Positions 1-10,939 of a stretch of DNA of 64,000 nt are shown one piece after another. Positions within the stretch are counted from its first letter, which is position 1. Each line of letters starts with the position of its first letter. The notes beneath the pieces were generated by a model that saw nothing but the letters and a program-made list of their open reading frames with translations, made no database searches and was not told the origin of the DNA. The stretch comes from Piromyces finnis finn (Eukaryota > Fungi > Neocallimastigomycota), in the NCBI GenBank assembly GCA_002104945.1, contig MCFH01000007.1:682001-746000 (forward strand), in the 5' to 3' direction. Position numbers and translations under genes: made by a program.

Positions 1-89
1 TCTGATTTCCATACTGATTCAGGACGAATCATCATCGTTGAACATTTCTGGATACCAAATTTCATTTCATTATGCATCGCCCATTTACA
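1..89 (-). mobile_element. Fragment of a non-LTR retrotransposon reverse transcriptase (runs off the window edge)
   Basis: The minus strand reads CKWAMHNEMKFGIQKCSTMMIRPESVWKS. This aligns by eye with DWANLNKMSLGINKCATIVVKP of the LINE RT at 26030-28336. An in-frame TAA lies just upstream. Confidence 0.6.
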
Positions 90-359
90 TTATAAAACAT
101 TATTATAAACATTATTAATTAATAAAATGTATTTTACATAATTTTATCTATTAATTTTAGTAAATACAATTTGTTAACTGTTAATTAAATCTCCATAATG
201 AAATATTAATAAATTATCATATAAATATAAAGTTAATTATTTAAAAGTAAAATTATAGCAATTATAAATAAAAAAGAAAAACTAATATTTATTGGCAAAA
301 CTGGAATGCTTTTATTAATTTATCTTTTAATTCTGGCTCATTACCTTCACACTAAAACT

Positions 360-530
360 GATTTCCAAACGAAAATGAATATTATAATCGGAATTTATTT
401 CCTTGAAAAATATGTTAAAATAGTATATTCCTAATATTGTTTTAAAACAATGATTTCCAAACGAAAATGAATATTATAATTGGAATTTATTTCCTTGAAA
501 AGATATGTTTAAGAGTACATTCCTAATATT
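360..530. repeat. Imperfect tandem duplication, period 92 bp
   Basis: gatttccaaacgaaaatgaatattataat.ggaatttatttccttgaaaa...tcctaatatt starts at 360 and again at 452. Confidence 0.85.
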
Positions 531-1031
531 TAACACACACATTAATTTCAACACTTCAAATTTTTTTTTAAAATTTTTAATTTTATTAATTTATATAAAT
601 AAAATAATGATTTAATATAAAAAAGAAAATAAAATGATAGAAAATATTTTTTTTTTTTTTTTATAAAAAAAGTACTTATGATTTTTTAATACCAACATAT
701 TTTTAAATAATATTCGATAAATATATTTTAAAATGATATTGACTATTATTTTTTTTTATAGTTTTTTTTTTTTAAGTACTTATTATTTTTTTAAATGATA
801 TTGACTATTATTTTTTTAATTTTTTCTTTTTTTTGATATTAATATTATTTTTTTGATATATAAATTTTAAAACATTTCGAATTTTGATTGATAGTAATTT
901 TTTTGATATTATTTATTATTATAATTTTTGGAATTTTGGAATTTTTTTTTAATTTTTTTTCTATATTTTTTTGTTTGATTATTTAATAATATTCAATATT
1001 ATTTTATAATATTATTTAAGAATGAAGTCAT

Positions 1032-3008
1032 TTATTCTTGTTCGACGTTTTCAGTGAACCATTCAGCAAGGTATGTAAGAGAATCCTTTGGAATACGAGT
1101 AAGTTCCTTGTCATTGTAGAAGTCAATGTAGGTCATACCGAAACGAGTTTCGTAACCATTTTCCCATTCAAAGTTATCAATTAAAGACCAGGCCATGTAA
1201 CCACGAACATCAACACCATCTTCGACATAGGCAAGACGAAGGTTTTCAAGGTATTGCTTGTACCAGTCAATTCTGTAAGTATCGTGGAGAATGGTTCCTT
1301 CAATGTTGCTTTCATCTTCAATAATAGATTCATCGTAAGCATCAGCATATTCTTCCTTACCAATGGACTTGAAGTAGTCAATGGTAACTTGATCATTGGC
1401 ACGACTAACCTTGTAGTTTGGTTGAGCACAACCATTTTCGGTAATAATGATACCGTTCTTAAGAATGCTCTTGTAACGGTTGTATAACCAGTTAAGACCA
1501 ACACGAATAGTTGGACCATACTTGGTGTTCCATGATGAACCGGCTTGTGAACCAAGAGTTGGTGGAATACAAACCCATCCTGGAGCACGGCCTCTACAGT
1601 TATCATCCCACATATCCTTCTTGGAGTTTTCGTAGCTGGCTTCTTCTTCAGTTGGTGGTTCAATGAGTTTACCATCTTCATCCTTGGCTTGTTCAGCCCA
1701 GTGAGCAGTGTAGGTGTTCCAACCTAAGAAGTCGGATGATGATCCCTTTAAGAGCTTCTTTTCTTCAGCTGTGAAGACTGGCATATCCTTACCCATTCTT
1801 TGCTTGACAGATTCTGGGTAGTCACCAGTCATTGGTGGATCAGAGTACCAACCAATACGGAATTCAGCGGCTAAGTTGGCGTACTTCTTGTTGTTTTCTA
1901 ATTCTTCTGGTGTGGTGTTTTCATCTTCCCATGGAATTTGAGCTTCACCATCAACGGTAATACCAATAAGACCCTTTTGCTTCTTTTGGAACTTCTTACG
2001 GTAAACATTGACAGCCTTAGCGTGGGCAATAAGAATGTTGTGTGAACACCAGACTTCTTCTAATCTTTGTGGAGCACGGTCAGCTGGAAGAACTTCTGCT
2101 CCCTTGTAGTATTGAGATGGACCAATTTCGTAGGAACAACCTCCTTCTAAATCAAGTCCAGTAGTGTCGTTTTGGAGCTTACGTGGTGCTTCACCAGTAC
2201 ATCTGTATGGAGCTTTACCTGGTCCATTCTTGTAACCACCAACACAGTTAACCCATGGTTCGTTAATGGTGATCCATCCCTTAACACGGTCACCAAAACG
2301 TTCGAAACAGAATTCGGCGTATTTGGCGAAATCATCTTGTGAACGGTAATCTAACCAACCACCGTACTTTTCGTGAAGAGCATATGGAAGATCCCAGTGG
2401 TAAAGAGTAGCTAATGGAGTAATGTCGTTTTCAATAAGAGTATCGATCATCATATCGTAGTATTCGGCACCCTTTTCGTTAACATTCCATTTACCGTTAA
2501 CCTTCTTAGCAACACCATCTGGGAAAAGACGAGACCATGAGATGGAGAAACGGTAGTGGTTAGCCTTCATGATTTTCATCATTTTAACATCTTCGTCGAA
2601 CTTGTGGTATGAATCACAAGCAACATTACCGTTAGTGGAATCTGGGTTAGTTCTGTCACCAGATTCGACGTTCTTTGGGTAAAGATGGGTGAAGTAATCC
2701 CAAACGGATTCACCACGACCATCGGTATCCCAAGCACCTTCAACTTGGTAAGCAGCGGTAGCAGCACCCCACTTGAAACTAGCTGGGAGTTTACCCTTTG
2801 GAGCTTCAGCATCAGACTTTTCATCGGCGGAGTCAATGTCATCGGCAATTGGTTCATCAACATTAGCAGCTTCATCATCAGAAGCAATGTTACCATCGGC
2901 AGCTGGAGCGTTAACATCAGTGGTAACATCATCAGCTGGAGCCTTGACAATACACTTCTTAGCAGCAGTAACAGCTAATAAAGTAGTGAAAATAGTAAGA
3001 GACTTCAT
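1032..3008 (-). CDS. cel1A: Secreted GH1 beta-glucosidase (Cel1A/BglA type of anaerobic fungi), copy 1, 658 aa
   Basis: Signal peptide MKSLTIFTTLLAVTAA and an acidic linker. GH1 motifs: FKWGAATAAYQVEG, YRFSISWSR, TLYHWDLP, acid/base TINEP, nucleophile ITENG, WSLIDNFEW..GY..RFG. Intronless with strong codon bias. Confidence 0.95.
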   Translation of the reverse strand: MKSLTIFTTLLAVTAAKKCIVKAPADDVTTDVNAPAADGNIASDDEAANVDEPIADDIDSADEKSDAEAPKGKLPASFKWGAATAAYQVEGAWDTDGRGESVWDYFTHLYPKNVESGDRTNPDSTNGNVACDSYHKFDEDVKMMKIMKANHYRFSISWSRLFPDGVAKKVNGKWNVNEKGAEYYDMMIDTLIENDITPLATLYHWDLPYALHEKYGGWLDYRSQDDFAKYAEFCFERFGDRVKGWITINEPWVNCVGGYKNGPGKAPYRCTGEAPRKLQNDTTGLDLEGGCSYEIGPSQYYKGAEVLPADRAPQRLEEVWCSHNILIAHAKAVNVYRKKFQKKQKGLIGITVDGEAQIPWEDENTTPEELENNKKYANLAAEFRIGWYSDPPMTGDYPESVKQRMGKDMPVFTAEEKKLLKGSSSDFLGWNTYTAHWAEQAKDEDGKLIEPPTEEEASYENSKKDMWDDNCRGRAPGWVCIPPTLGSQAGSSWNTKYGPTIRVGLNWLYNRYKSILKNGIIITENGCAQPNYKVSRANDQVTIDYFKSIGKEEYADAYDESIIEDESNIEGTILHDTYRIDWYKQYLENLRLAYVEDGVDVRGYMAWSLIDNFEWENGYETRFGMTYIDFYNDKELTRIPKDSLTYLAEWFTENVEQE

Positions 3009-4733
3009 CTTAAATTAATATTATATTAAATTATATATTTTTATTAATTATAATAATAAATAATTTATTCCAATAATAATTTTTTCCTTATCAAAAGGAT
3101 AGTTTTTTAAAATTTTGGAATTATTTTTTTCTTTTATATGATTTTTTTTTTTTGAATTTTAATATAGATATTTAATATATTATATTAAAATAAATCTATT
3201 TTTATCCTAGTGTAAACATTTTATTTTATTATAAACTTTAACTTCATTGTTTCTATAAAATCTATAAAATATTTCATATTAAATGAAAAGATAATTTACT
3301 TGTGAAACTTCAAAAAAAACAAAATTAAAATTAATTCAAAAATAATAAAATTTGTCAAATCATTTAAAATTTAATAATTTCTTAATTAGAAAAAAAAATT
3401 CATCTGTTCTCATTTATTAACTTTTGTATTTGCTTTATATTATATTTTCATTAGTTATTTTTAAATTACTGAATAATAGGGAATTGTAATATTAAAAATG
3501 ATATTCTTAATTATTTTTAAATTACTAAATATTGGGAATTGTGATATTATAAACGCGATATTAAAATCAGTACAATAATTATGCTAATAAATATTTGTAT
3601 AATCAACTAATGAATATTAAACTTTATAATATTAATATTATATTTAAATTTTTTATTTTCATATTCTTTATCAATTTAAAAATAATTAATAATGCAAATC
3701 TAAATAATCATAATTTTAAATAATAATATAGTAAATATTAAACTATCTTCTTAGTAAATATTAAACATTAGAATAATTGAAATTGTAATCCAAAGTAATT
3801 ACATAATATGCTTCATTTTGTTGTTACAAGGATAAAATTATAATATTAATGATTTCTTTTATTTAATACAATATAATTATAAAATAATTTCATTATTTTA
3901 TTATCTTGTATTAGTAATGTAATAAATTAGTTTTTATTACATATAACAAAATATTATTATTTAATAATAATAACAACAATAATAATAACAATAATAGTAA
4001 TAATAATAATAATTTTACATATGAAAAATATTATTTATATATTAAAATAGTAATTTTTAAATTGTGTGGATTCTTATTGTAATTTTTAAGTTACAATTAT
4101 ACCAATAAAAATCAAAATATCTATTATTAGCTTCAAATATTATGTATAATAATTTGGAAAGGTATAAATAGTTTTCATTTATTTAATAATGAAAGAAAGA
4201 ATTTTGATAGCTACTCTAATTATATTTATATTTATTAAATTAATTTATAAAAAAAACTTTATATACTAGTTAAACCTAAACCTGGGCTATTTATATCTAT
4301 ATTTAAATTACATTTTAACAATATTATTTAATCTAAATTTATAATACTACACTATTTAGTTTTAACTTATTATAAATTTAGATTATTAACAAGTACAAGC
4401 AATTTTAAGTTTAAGAGATTTATATATTAAATAATATATTTAGGAGAAAATTTAATTTTAACTATTCTATTTATTTAACTTTTTACAATTCTTCTAATAT
4501 ATGAATTTTATATTATATAAATCAAATTTTGATATTAATTGATTTTTTCATATAAATATCTTGGAAGTTTTCCAAATTTTTTAAAAATCATACCTTTTGA
4601 TAAGGCTTTATTCTATATTATAATTTAATTTAAAAAAAATTATATATTATTATTTTTGCTTATTAGTTATAAATAATAATTATTTATATTTAAATAATTT
4701 AATAAATTTTAATTAATATAAAAATATATAAAA

Positions 4734-6707
4734 ATGAAGTCTCTTACTATTTTCACTACTTTATTAGCTGTTACTGCTGCTAAGAAGTGTATTGTCAAGG
4801 CTCCAGCTGATGACGTTACTGATGTTAACGCTCCAGCTGCCGATGGTAACATTGCTTCTGATGATGAAGCTGCAAATGTTGATGAACCAATTGCCGATGA
4901 CATTGACTCCGCCGATGAAAAGTCTGATGCTGAAGCTCCAAAGGGTAAACTCCCAGCTAGTTTCAAGTGGGGTGCTGCTACCGCTGCTTACCAAGTTGAA
5001 GGTGCTTGGGATACCGATGGTCGTGGTGAATCCGTTTGGGATTACTTCACCCATCTTTACCCAAAGAACGTCGAATCTGGTGACAGAACTAACCCAGATT
5101 CCACTAACGGTAATGTTGCTTGTGATTCATACCACAAGTTCGACGAAGATGTTAAAATGATGAAAATCATGAAGGCTAACCACTACCGTTTCTCCATCTC
5201 ATGGTCTCGTCTTTTCCCAGATGGTGTTGCTAAGAAGGTTAACGGTAAATGGAATGTTAACGAAAAGGGTGCCGAATACTACGATATGATGATCGATACT
5301 CTTATTGAAAACGACATTACTCCATTAGCTACTCTTTACCACTGGGATCTTCCATATGCTCTTCACGAAAAGTACGGTGGTTGGTTAGATTACCGTTCAC
5401 AAGATGATTTCGCCAAATACGCCGAATTCTGTTTCGAACGTTTTGGTGACCGTGTTAAGGGATGGATCACCATTAACGAACCATGGGTTAACTGTGTTGG
5501 TGGTTACAAGAATGGACCAGGTAAAGCTCCATACAGATGTACTGGTGAAGCACCACGTAAGCTCCAAAACGACACTACCGGACTTGATTTAGAAGGAGGT
5601 TGTTCCTACGAAATTGGTCCATCTCAATACTACAAGGGAGCAGAAGTTCTTCCAGCTGACCGTGCTCCACAAAGATTAGAAGAAGTCTGGTGTTCACACA
5701 ACATTCTTATTGCCCACGCTAAGGCTGTCAATGTTTACCGTAAGAAGTTCCAAAAGAAGCAAAAGGGTCTTATTGGTATTACCGTTGATGGTGAAGCTCA
5801 AATTCCATGGGAAGATGAAAACACCACACCAGAAGAATTAGAAAACAACAAGAAGTACGCCAACTTAGCCGCTGAATTCCGTATTGGTTGGTACTCTGAT
5901 CCACCAATGACTGGTGACTACCCAGAATCCGTCAAGCAAAGAATGGGTAAGGATATGCCAGTCTTCACAGCTGAAGAAAAGAAGCTCTTAAAGGGATCAT
6001 CATCCGACTTCTTAGGTTGGAACACCTACACTGCTCACTGGGCTGAACAAGCCAAGGATGAAGATGGTAAACTCATTGAACCACCAACTGAAGAAGAAGC
6101 CAGCTACGAAAACTCCAAGAAGGATATGTGGGATGATAACTGTAGAGGCCGTGCTCCAGGATGGGTTTGTATTCCACCAACTCTTGGTTCACAAGCCGGT
6201 TCATCATGGAACACCAAGTATGGTCCAACTATTCGTGTTGGTCTTAACTGGTTATACAACCGTTACAAGAGCATTCTTAAGAACGGTATCATTATTACCG
6301 AAAATGGTTGTGCTCAACCAAACTACAAGGTTAGTCGTGCCAATGATCAAGTTACCATTGACTACTTCAAGTCCATTGGTAAGGAAGAATATGCTGATGC
6401 TTACGATGAATCTATTATTGAAGATGAAAGCAACATTGAAGGAACCATTCTCCACGATACTTACAGAATTGACTGGTACAAGCAATACCTTGAAAACCTT
6501 CGTCTTGCCTATGTCGAAGATGGTGTTGATGTTCGTGGTTACATGGCCTGGTCTTTAATTGATAACTTTGAATGGGAAAACGGTTACGAAACTCGTTTCG
6601 GTATGACCTACATTGACTTCTACAATGACAAGGAACTTACTCGTATTCCAAAGGATTCTCTTACATACCTTGCTGAATGGTTCACTGAAAACGTCGAACA
6701 AGAATAA
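4734..6707 (+). CDS. cel1A: Secreted GH1 beta-glucosidase, copy 2, 657 aa (divergent partner of copy 1)
   Basis: Protein identical to copy 1 except for a 1-aa indel in the linker (DDVTDV vs DDVTTDV). Confidence 0.95.
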   Translation: MKSLTIFTTLLAVTAAKKCIVKAPADDVTDVNAPAADGNIASDDEAANVDEPIADDIDSADEKSDAEAPKGKLPASFKWGAATAAYQVEGAWDTDGRGESVWDYFTHLYPKNVESGDRTNPDSTNGNVACDSYHKFDEDVKMMKIMKANHYRFSISWSRLFPDGVAKKVNGKWNVNEKGAEYYDMMIDTLIENDITPLATLYHWDLPYALHEKYGGWLDYRSQDDFAKYAEFCFERFGDRVKGWITINEPWVNCVGGYKNGPGKAPYRCTGEAPRKLQNDTTGLDLEGGCSYEIGPSQYYKGAEVLPADRAPQRLEEVWCSHNILIAHAKAVNVYRKKFQKKQKGLIGITVDGEAQIPWEDENTTPEELENNKKYANLAAEFRIGWYSDPPMTGDYPESVKQRMGKDMPVFTAEEKKLLKGSSSDFLGWNTYTAHWAEQAKDEDGKLIEPPTEEEASYENSKKDMWDDNCRGRAPGWVCIPPTLGSQAGSSWNTKYGPTIRVGLNWLYNRYKSILKNGIIITENGCAQPNYKVSRANDQVTIDYFKSIGKEEYADAYDESIIEDESNIEGTILHDTYRIDWYKQYLENLRLAYVEDGVDVRGYMAWSLIDNFEWENGYETRFGMTYIDFYNDKELTRIPKDSLTYLAEWFTENVEQE

Positions 6708-7234
6708 ATATAAATAGTATAGAGCAAAAGCATTATTATTATAATGATAAGTAAAAATAATAATTCCCATAATATAATATTATAAAAAGTAATAATATAG
6801 AAAAATCTAAAAAAAAAAATTTAAAATTCAAAAAAAATTCAAAAAAATTTTAAAAAAACATTTATAATATAGAATAAGAAAAAATTTTTAATTTGAAAAA
6901 ATTAAAAAAATGAACACTAAAAATGATATTGACTATTATTTTTTAAATTTTATATAAATAAAAAAAAATTTTAAAATATAAATTTAATATAATTATTTGT
7001 ATATTTGTGTTAATGGATTTATTTTTAATTTTTTGTATAATTAATGATGACCTAAAAGATATTACACATGTTTGCTGATTCCTCATAGGAATACAAAAAT
7101 ATAAATTTATAATCAATCTCAATCAAAATAATAATAATATTTTTAATGGTTTATAATAAATTTAGAAATATGATAAAATTTGGCTGATAGTCTAGCTAAT
7201 GATTACAACACTCTGGTATAAAACTGTAATGTGA

Positions 7235-7415
7235 AAGTACTGTTATAAACTCATTATAATAAGTACTGTTATAAACTCATTATACTTATTTTTTATTCCC
7301 TTGTATTTAATTGAAGGTATTTTTTTAAATTTTTATTTCTTAGCTTTTATCTTATTCCCTTTTGTTTAATTGAAGGAATTTTTTTAAATTTTTATTTCTT
7401 AGCTTTTATCTTATT
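7235..7415. repeat. Two adjacent short tandem duplications
   Basis: aagtactgttataaactcattata occurs twice (7235, 7261). The unit ttattccc...ttaattgaagg.attttttt aaatttttatttcttagcttttatc of about 60 bp occurs twice (about 7294-7415). Confidence 0.75.
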
Positions 7416-7616
7416 GTTTAAGTAGAAATGCTAAGAATTTGGTACTTTTATTTAGATAGAAAAACAATATATTATATATATATACATATATATAATATAT
7501 TAATAGATCATATAACTATATCTAATTTTTAACTTATATATATAAATATGAAGAAAAAATAAAAGAAGAAATTAAAATAAAAGTAAAAAAAGTAATTTAA
7601 ATAAAATTAAAATAAA

Positions 7617-7724
7617 ATAGATATAAAGTTAGATTTGAAAATAAAAAAATATCTAAGAACATAGATATAAAGTTAGATTTGAAAATAAAAAAATATCTAA
7701 GAACATAGATATAAAGTTAGATTT
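7617..7724. repeat. Perfect 44-bp minisatellite, about 2.5 copies
   Basis: atagatataaagttagatttgaaaataaaaaaatatctaagaac starts at 7617 and 7661, with a partial copy at 7705. Confidence 0.9.
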
Positions 7725-8527
7725 TTTTAAAAAAAAATTAAATAGTATTTATTTTAAATATTTCTAAAATATTAGATTTTTTAATTATTATTATGATAAG
7801 TTTTTATTTTTATTTCTAATGATTTATATTACAATTACTTTTATTTTCATTATTCATCAAATAATATACATTTTTTTTTTTATTATTTTAAAAAACATTT
7901 AGTTAATTTTTAATAAAAATTTATACTATACATATAAATTATTCAAAATAATTAATTACAAATTTACTTTTATTAAAATAAGGAAAAGAAAAAAGTAGTT
8001 AAAATTTATTAATATTACTTTTTTTTTTTTTCACCCTCAAATATAATAATTTTTCATAATATCAAGTTTTAAAAAAACTTTTAAAAGTTTTTTTTTAAAG
8101 ATGATTTAGAAAAGATACGTAGGGTTGGAAGGATGGGGGTCTGGACACCTCAGAATTAAAATTTTTTATTTTTTATTTTTTTATTTTTTTTATTTTTACT
8201 TTTATTTTTACTTTTATTATTATCTATTAACATTAATAACATTTTATTTTATATTTATTTGTAATATTATGCTCAATAACATTAATAGAATTTATATATT
8301 TTTTGAAAATTCTTTTATTTTTATTTTTTTTTTCAATTTTTAACAAATATTTTTTTGGAAGCATATATATATTAAGTTTTATTTTGTTTTTGAATTTGTA
8401 ATTTTAAGAAATATATAAATAATTATTTTAAATAGTGTAATATTTTAATATAGTCTATGTCTTAAATTTATCATTATAAACCAATAGTATAATATAATTA
8501 ATTTGAAACAATAAAGTTAAATAATTT

Positions 8528-9180
8528 TTATATATTTATTAATATAGAAGATAGGTCAGATATCATTTCCCACATTTGTTTATTGTTATTTCTATTGCAA
8601 GTAGTTAATGTTAAGTAATATTGGGATTTTATATTATTATCATCAATACCACTAATACACTTATCATTGTTTTTTATAGATTTCGATGTATTGATATATT
8701 TCATTATTGCTTTTTCATTACTTTCACCAGTTACAATTTTTTTATTAGAAACAGCCAAACATAAATTTTCTTTAGCTGCAGACTTAAAATATGTATTACC
8801 ATCAATATTTATAAAATACCATTTACTATTTTTTATATTACTGCAATTTTCATAGTTCATTTTTGTAATTTTGAGCATATAAACATTTATTGTAATATTT
8901 ATTATACAACCAAACAGGACTAGTTTTAGGTTCGGATGAACTGTTTTTAGGATATTTCCTTAATATTTGATTATTATTAGTTTCCCAAACAATGGATCAA
9001 TTACTTTTGTCACAGCGTAATTTACTATTGCTTGATATTACACTAGAAATGATAGAATCTATATATTCATCATTTTTATCTTTAAAGGAAATATTATTAC
9101 TTCCAATAACAATTTTATATAAATAACTAGAACTATTAGAAGTATAGTTAATTTTAGTTGATGTTTGCTTATTATGATCT
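8528..9180 (-). pseudogene. Ricin-B (CBM13-like) beta-trefoil lectin-domain pseudogene
   Basis: The upstream frame reads ...KLRCDKSN*SIVWETNNNQIL...PVWLYNKYYNKCLYAQNYKNEL* with an in-frame TGA. It then frameshifts near 8850 into NCSNIKNSKWYF...NLCLAV...KCISG...LTTCNRNNNKQMWE, which has QxW and Cys spacing typical of ricin-B repeats. Confidence 0.6.
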
Positions 9181-9310
9181 CTATAGAATAATTTTATTAA
9201 AAAATTAAATTATATTAAGTCATTTTATATATATATATATAAATTATATAAATATTATATTTAATAAAAGTTTTAAAAAATGTTTAATAACTTTATTCCA
9301 ATAATACATA

Positions 9311-10939
9311 TTAACGACAATAAAAATAACTATTAAATACTTTATGTGGAGTATTCATTAGTATTTTAAATATTTTGTGAATATAAAAAGGACATTTATA
9401 TTTATTATAACTATCATCAATAAATACAATTTGATTATCTATATAATCAATAGCATACCAATATTCATCATAATATATTAATATATTAATTAAAAATTTA
9501 CTATATTTATTATGAATTAGGGATGCTAAATAACATAATTTTATCATTAAACATTCAGTATAATTATCAAATTCCATTTTTAAACTTAAAATATAATTAG
9601 GATCTTTTAATATTCTATCAATTGTTTTATATTTTTTTAAATATTTATTAACAAAGTTATAATTTATATCTCCAGGATTTAATACCATTGAATCTACATA
9701 ATTTAACTTTCCTTTATATTGAGGATCAATTATATTTATTAATTTACTTTTTGTGTTATATTCATACTTATAACCTCTATAATAACTTTCATCCTTATCA
9801 TTATTATCATCTGTATTATTATCATTATTATCATTTTCATTATTATCATTATTAATATCTTTATTATCATTATTATCATCTGTATTATTATCATTATTAT
9901 TATCATTTTCATTATTATCATCTGTATTATTATCATTATTATTATCATTTTCATTATTATCATTATTAATATCTTTATTATCTTTATTATCATTATTATC
10001 ATCTGTATTATTATCTTCTTTCTTAATTATTTTAATTTTAGAGACAATTTCACAAAAATCAATATTATATCTTTTTGATAATCGATGATTATAACATAAA
10101 CTCATAAGATAAAAATATTCTAATTCAAAATCACTAAAACATATATTAAGAAAATTTTCTACAGTTTTATCTTGACATTTAAAATATAATTTATTTTTTA
10201 TACATATTTTGTCTGAATAATATTTTAATACTTCCAAAGAATGATTCATTGGAACTCTATATCCAAAAATACTTTTAATTTCTAAATTATATTGTTTAAT
10301 TATATCTAAACAATAATTCAATATATTAATATCTTTACCATATTTTTCAATTATTGTTGTTATAATATTTATCCTATTATTTTCATTTATCTTTATAAAA
10401 TCATCTAATAAATATTTATGTGTATTTAAATAAAAATATTTAAAAATTTCAAAATCTATATCTGGTTTCATATAATCATCATAGTGATTGGGAAAAAATA
10501 AAACGAATACTTTAGTATAAATATATGCATAATTATATAAATAAAATAAATAAAATTCTTTCTCATTTGATTTTCTAATTTCCTTTATAAAATCTTCATC
10601 TTTTTCACTTAATAATTTATCAATAAAAAATTTATTAACAATAATTAAAGAAAAAATCCCATTACAATAATATTCAGGGGTATGTACATTAGAATGATAG
10701 TTATAATTTTTGAAATATTTTAATCTATTATATTGTTTATCATTATTTATTAAAAAATATTGATTATTTATTATACTAATATCAACAACATATTCATGAC
10801 TCTTTATTTTATCATATTTAAATAATGGCTCTTTCAAAAATATACCTTGTTTTGCGATATCTAATAATCTTTCAATATCGCATTCCCCATTTAATTCATT
10901 ATAAAAATCTTTAGTATTTTCTTCGTAGGATTTTATCAT
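9311..10939 (-). CDS. Intronless hypothetical protein, 542 aa, with an internal Asn/Asp-rich repeat
   Basis: A 1629-bp open frame in very AT-rich DNA, where such a length is unlikely by chance. No motif recognised. Confidence 0.65.
   Translation of the reverse strand: MIKSYEENTKDFYNELNGECDIERLLDIAKQGIFLKEPLFKYDKIKSHEYVVDISIINNQYFLINNDKQYNRLKYFKNYNYHSNVHTPEYYCNGIFSLIIVNKFFIDKLLSEKDEDFIKEIRKSNEKEFYLFYLYNYAYIYTKVFVLFFPNHYDDYMKPDIDFEIFKYFYLNTHKYLLDDFIKINENNRINIITTIIEKYGKDINILNYCLDIIKQYNLEIKSIFGYRVPMNHSLEVLKYYSDKICIKNKLYFKCQDKTVENFLNICFSDFELEYFYLMSLCYNHRLSKRYNIDFCEIVSKIKIIKKEDNNTDDNNDNKDNKDINNDNNENDNNNDNNTDDNNENDNNNDNNTDDNNDNKDINNDNNENDNNDNNTDDNNDKDESYYRGYKYEYNTKSKLINIIDPQYKGKLNYVDSMVLNPGDINYNFVNKYLKKYKTIDRILKDPNYILSLKMEFDNYTECLMIKLCYLASLIHNKYSKFLINILIYYDEYWYAIDYIDNQIVFIDDSYNKYKCPFYIHKIFKILMNTPHKVFNSYFYCR
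9790..10020 (-). repeat. Coding low-complexity repeat (NNTDDNNDN / NNENDNNND units)
   Basis: Repeated atcattattatcatc(tgtatt) units inside the 542-aa ORF. Confidence 0.8.

Noticed and set aside
8125-8343. F/Y/I-rich short ORFs in AT-rich DNA (also 39174, 47786, 56144, 57382-57736, 59831, 60628)
   Set aside because: Composition-driven open frames over poly-T/A tracts and introns.
9739-10002. 87-aa M/I/K-rich ORF; similarly 40946-42048 and 44087-44307 alternative frames
   Set aside because: Alternative-frame readings of low-complexity coding repeats.
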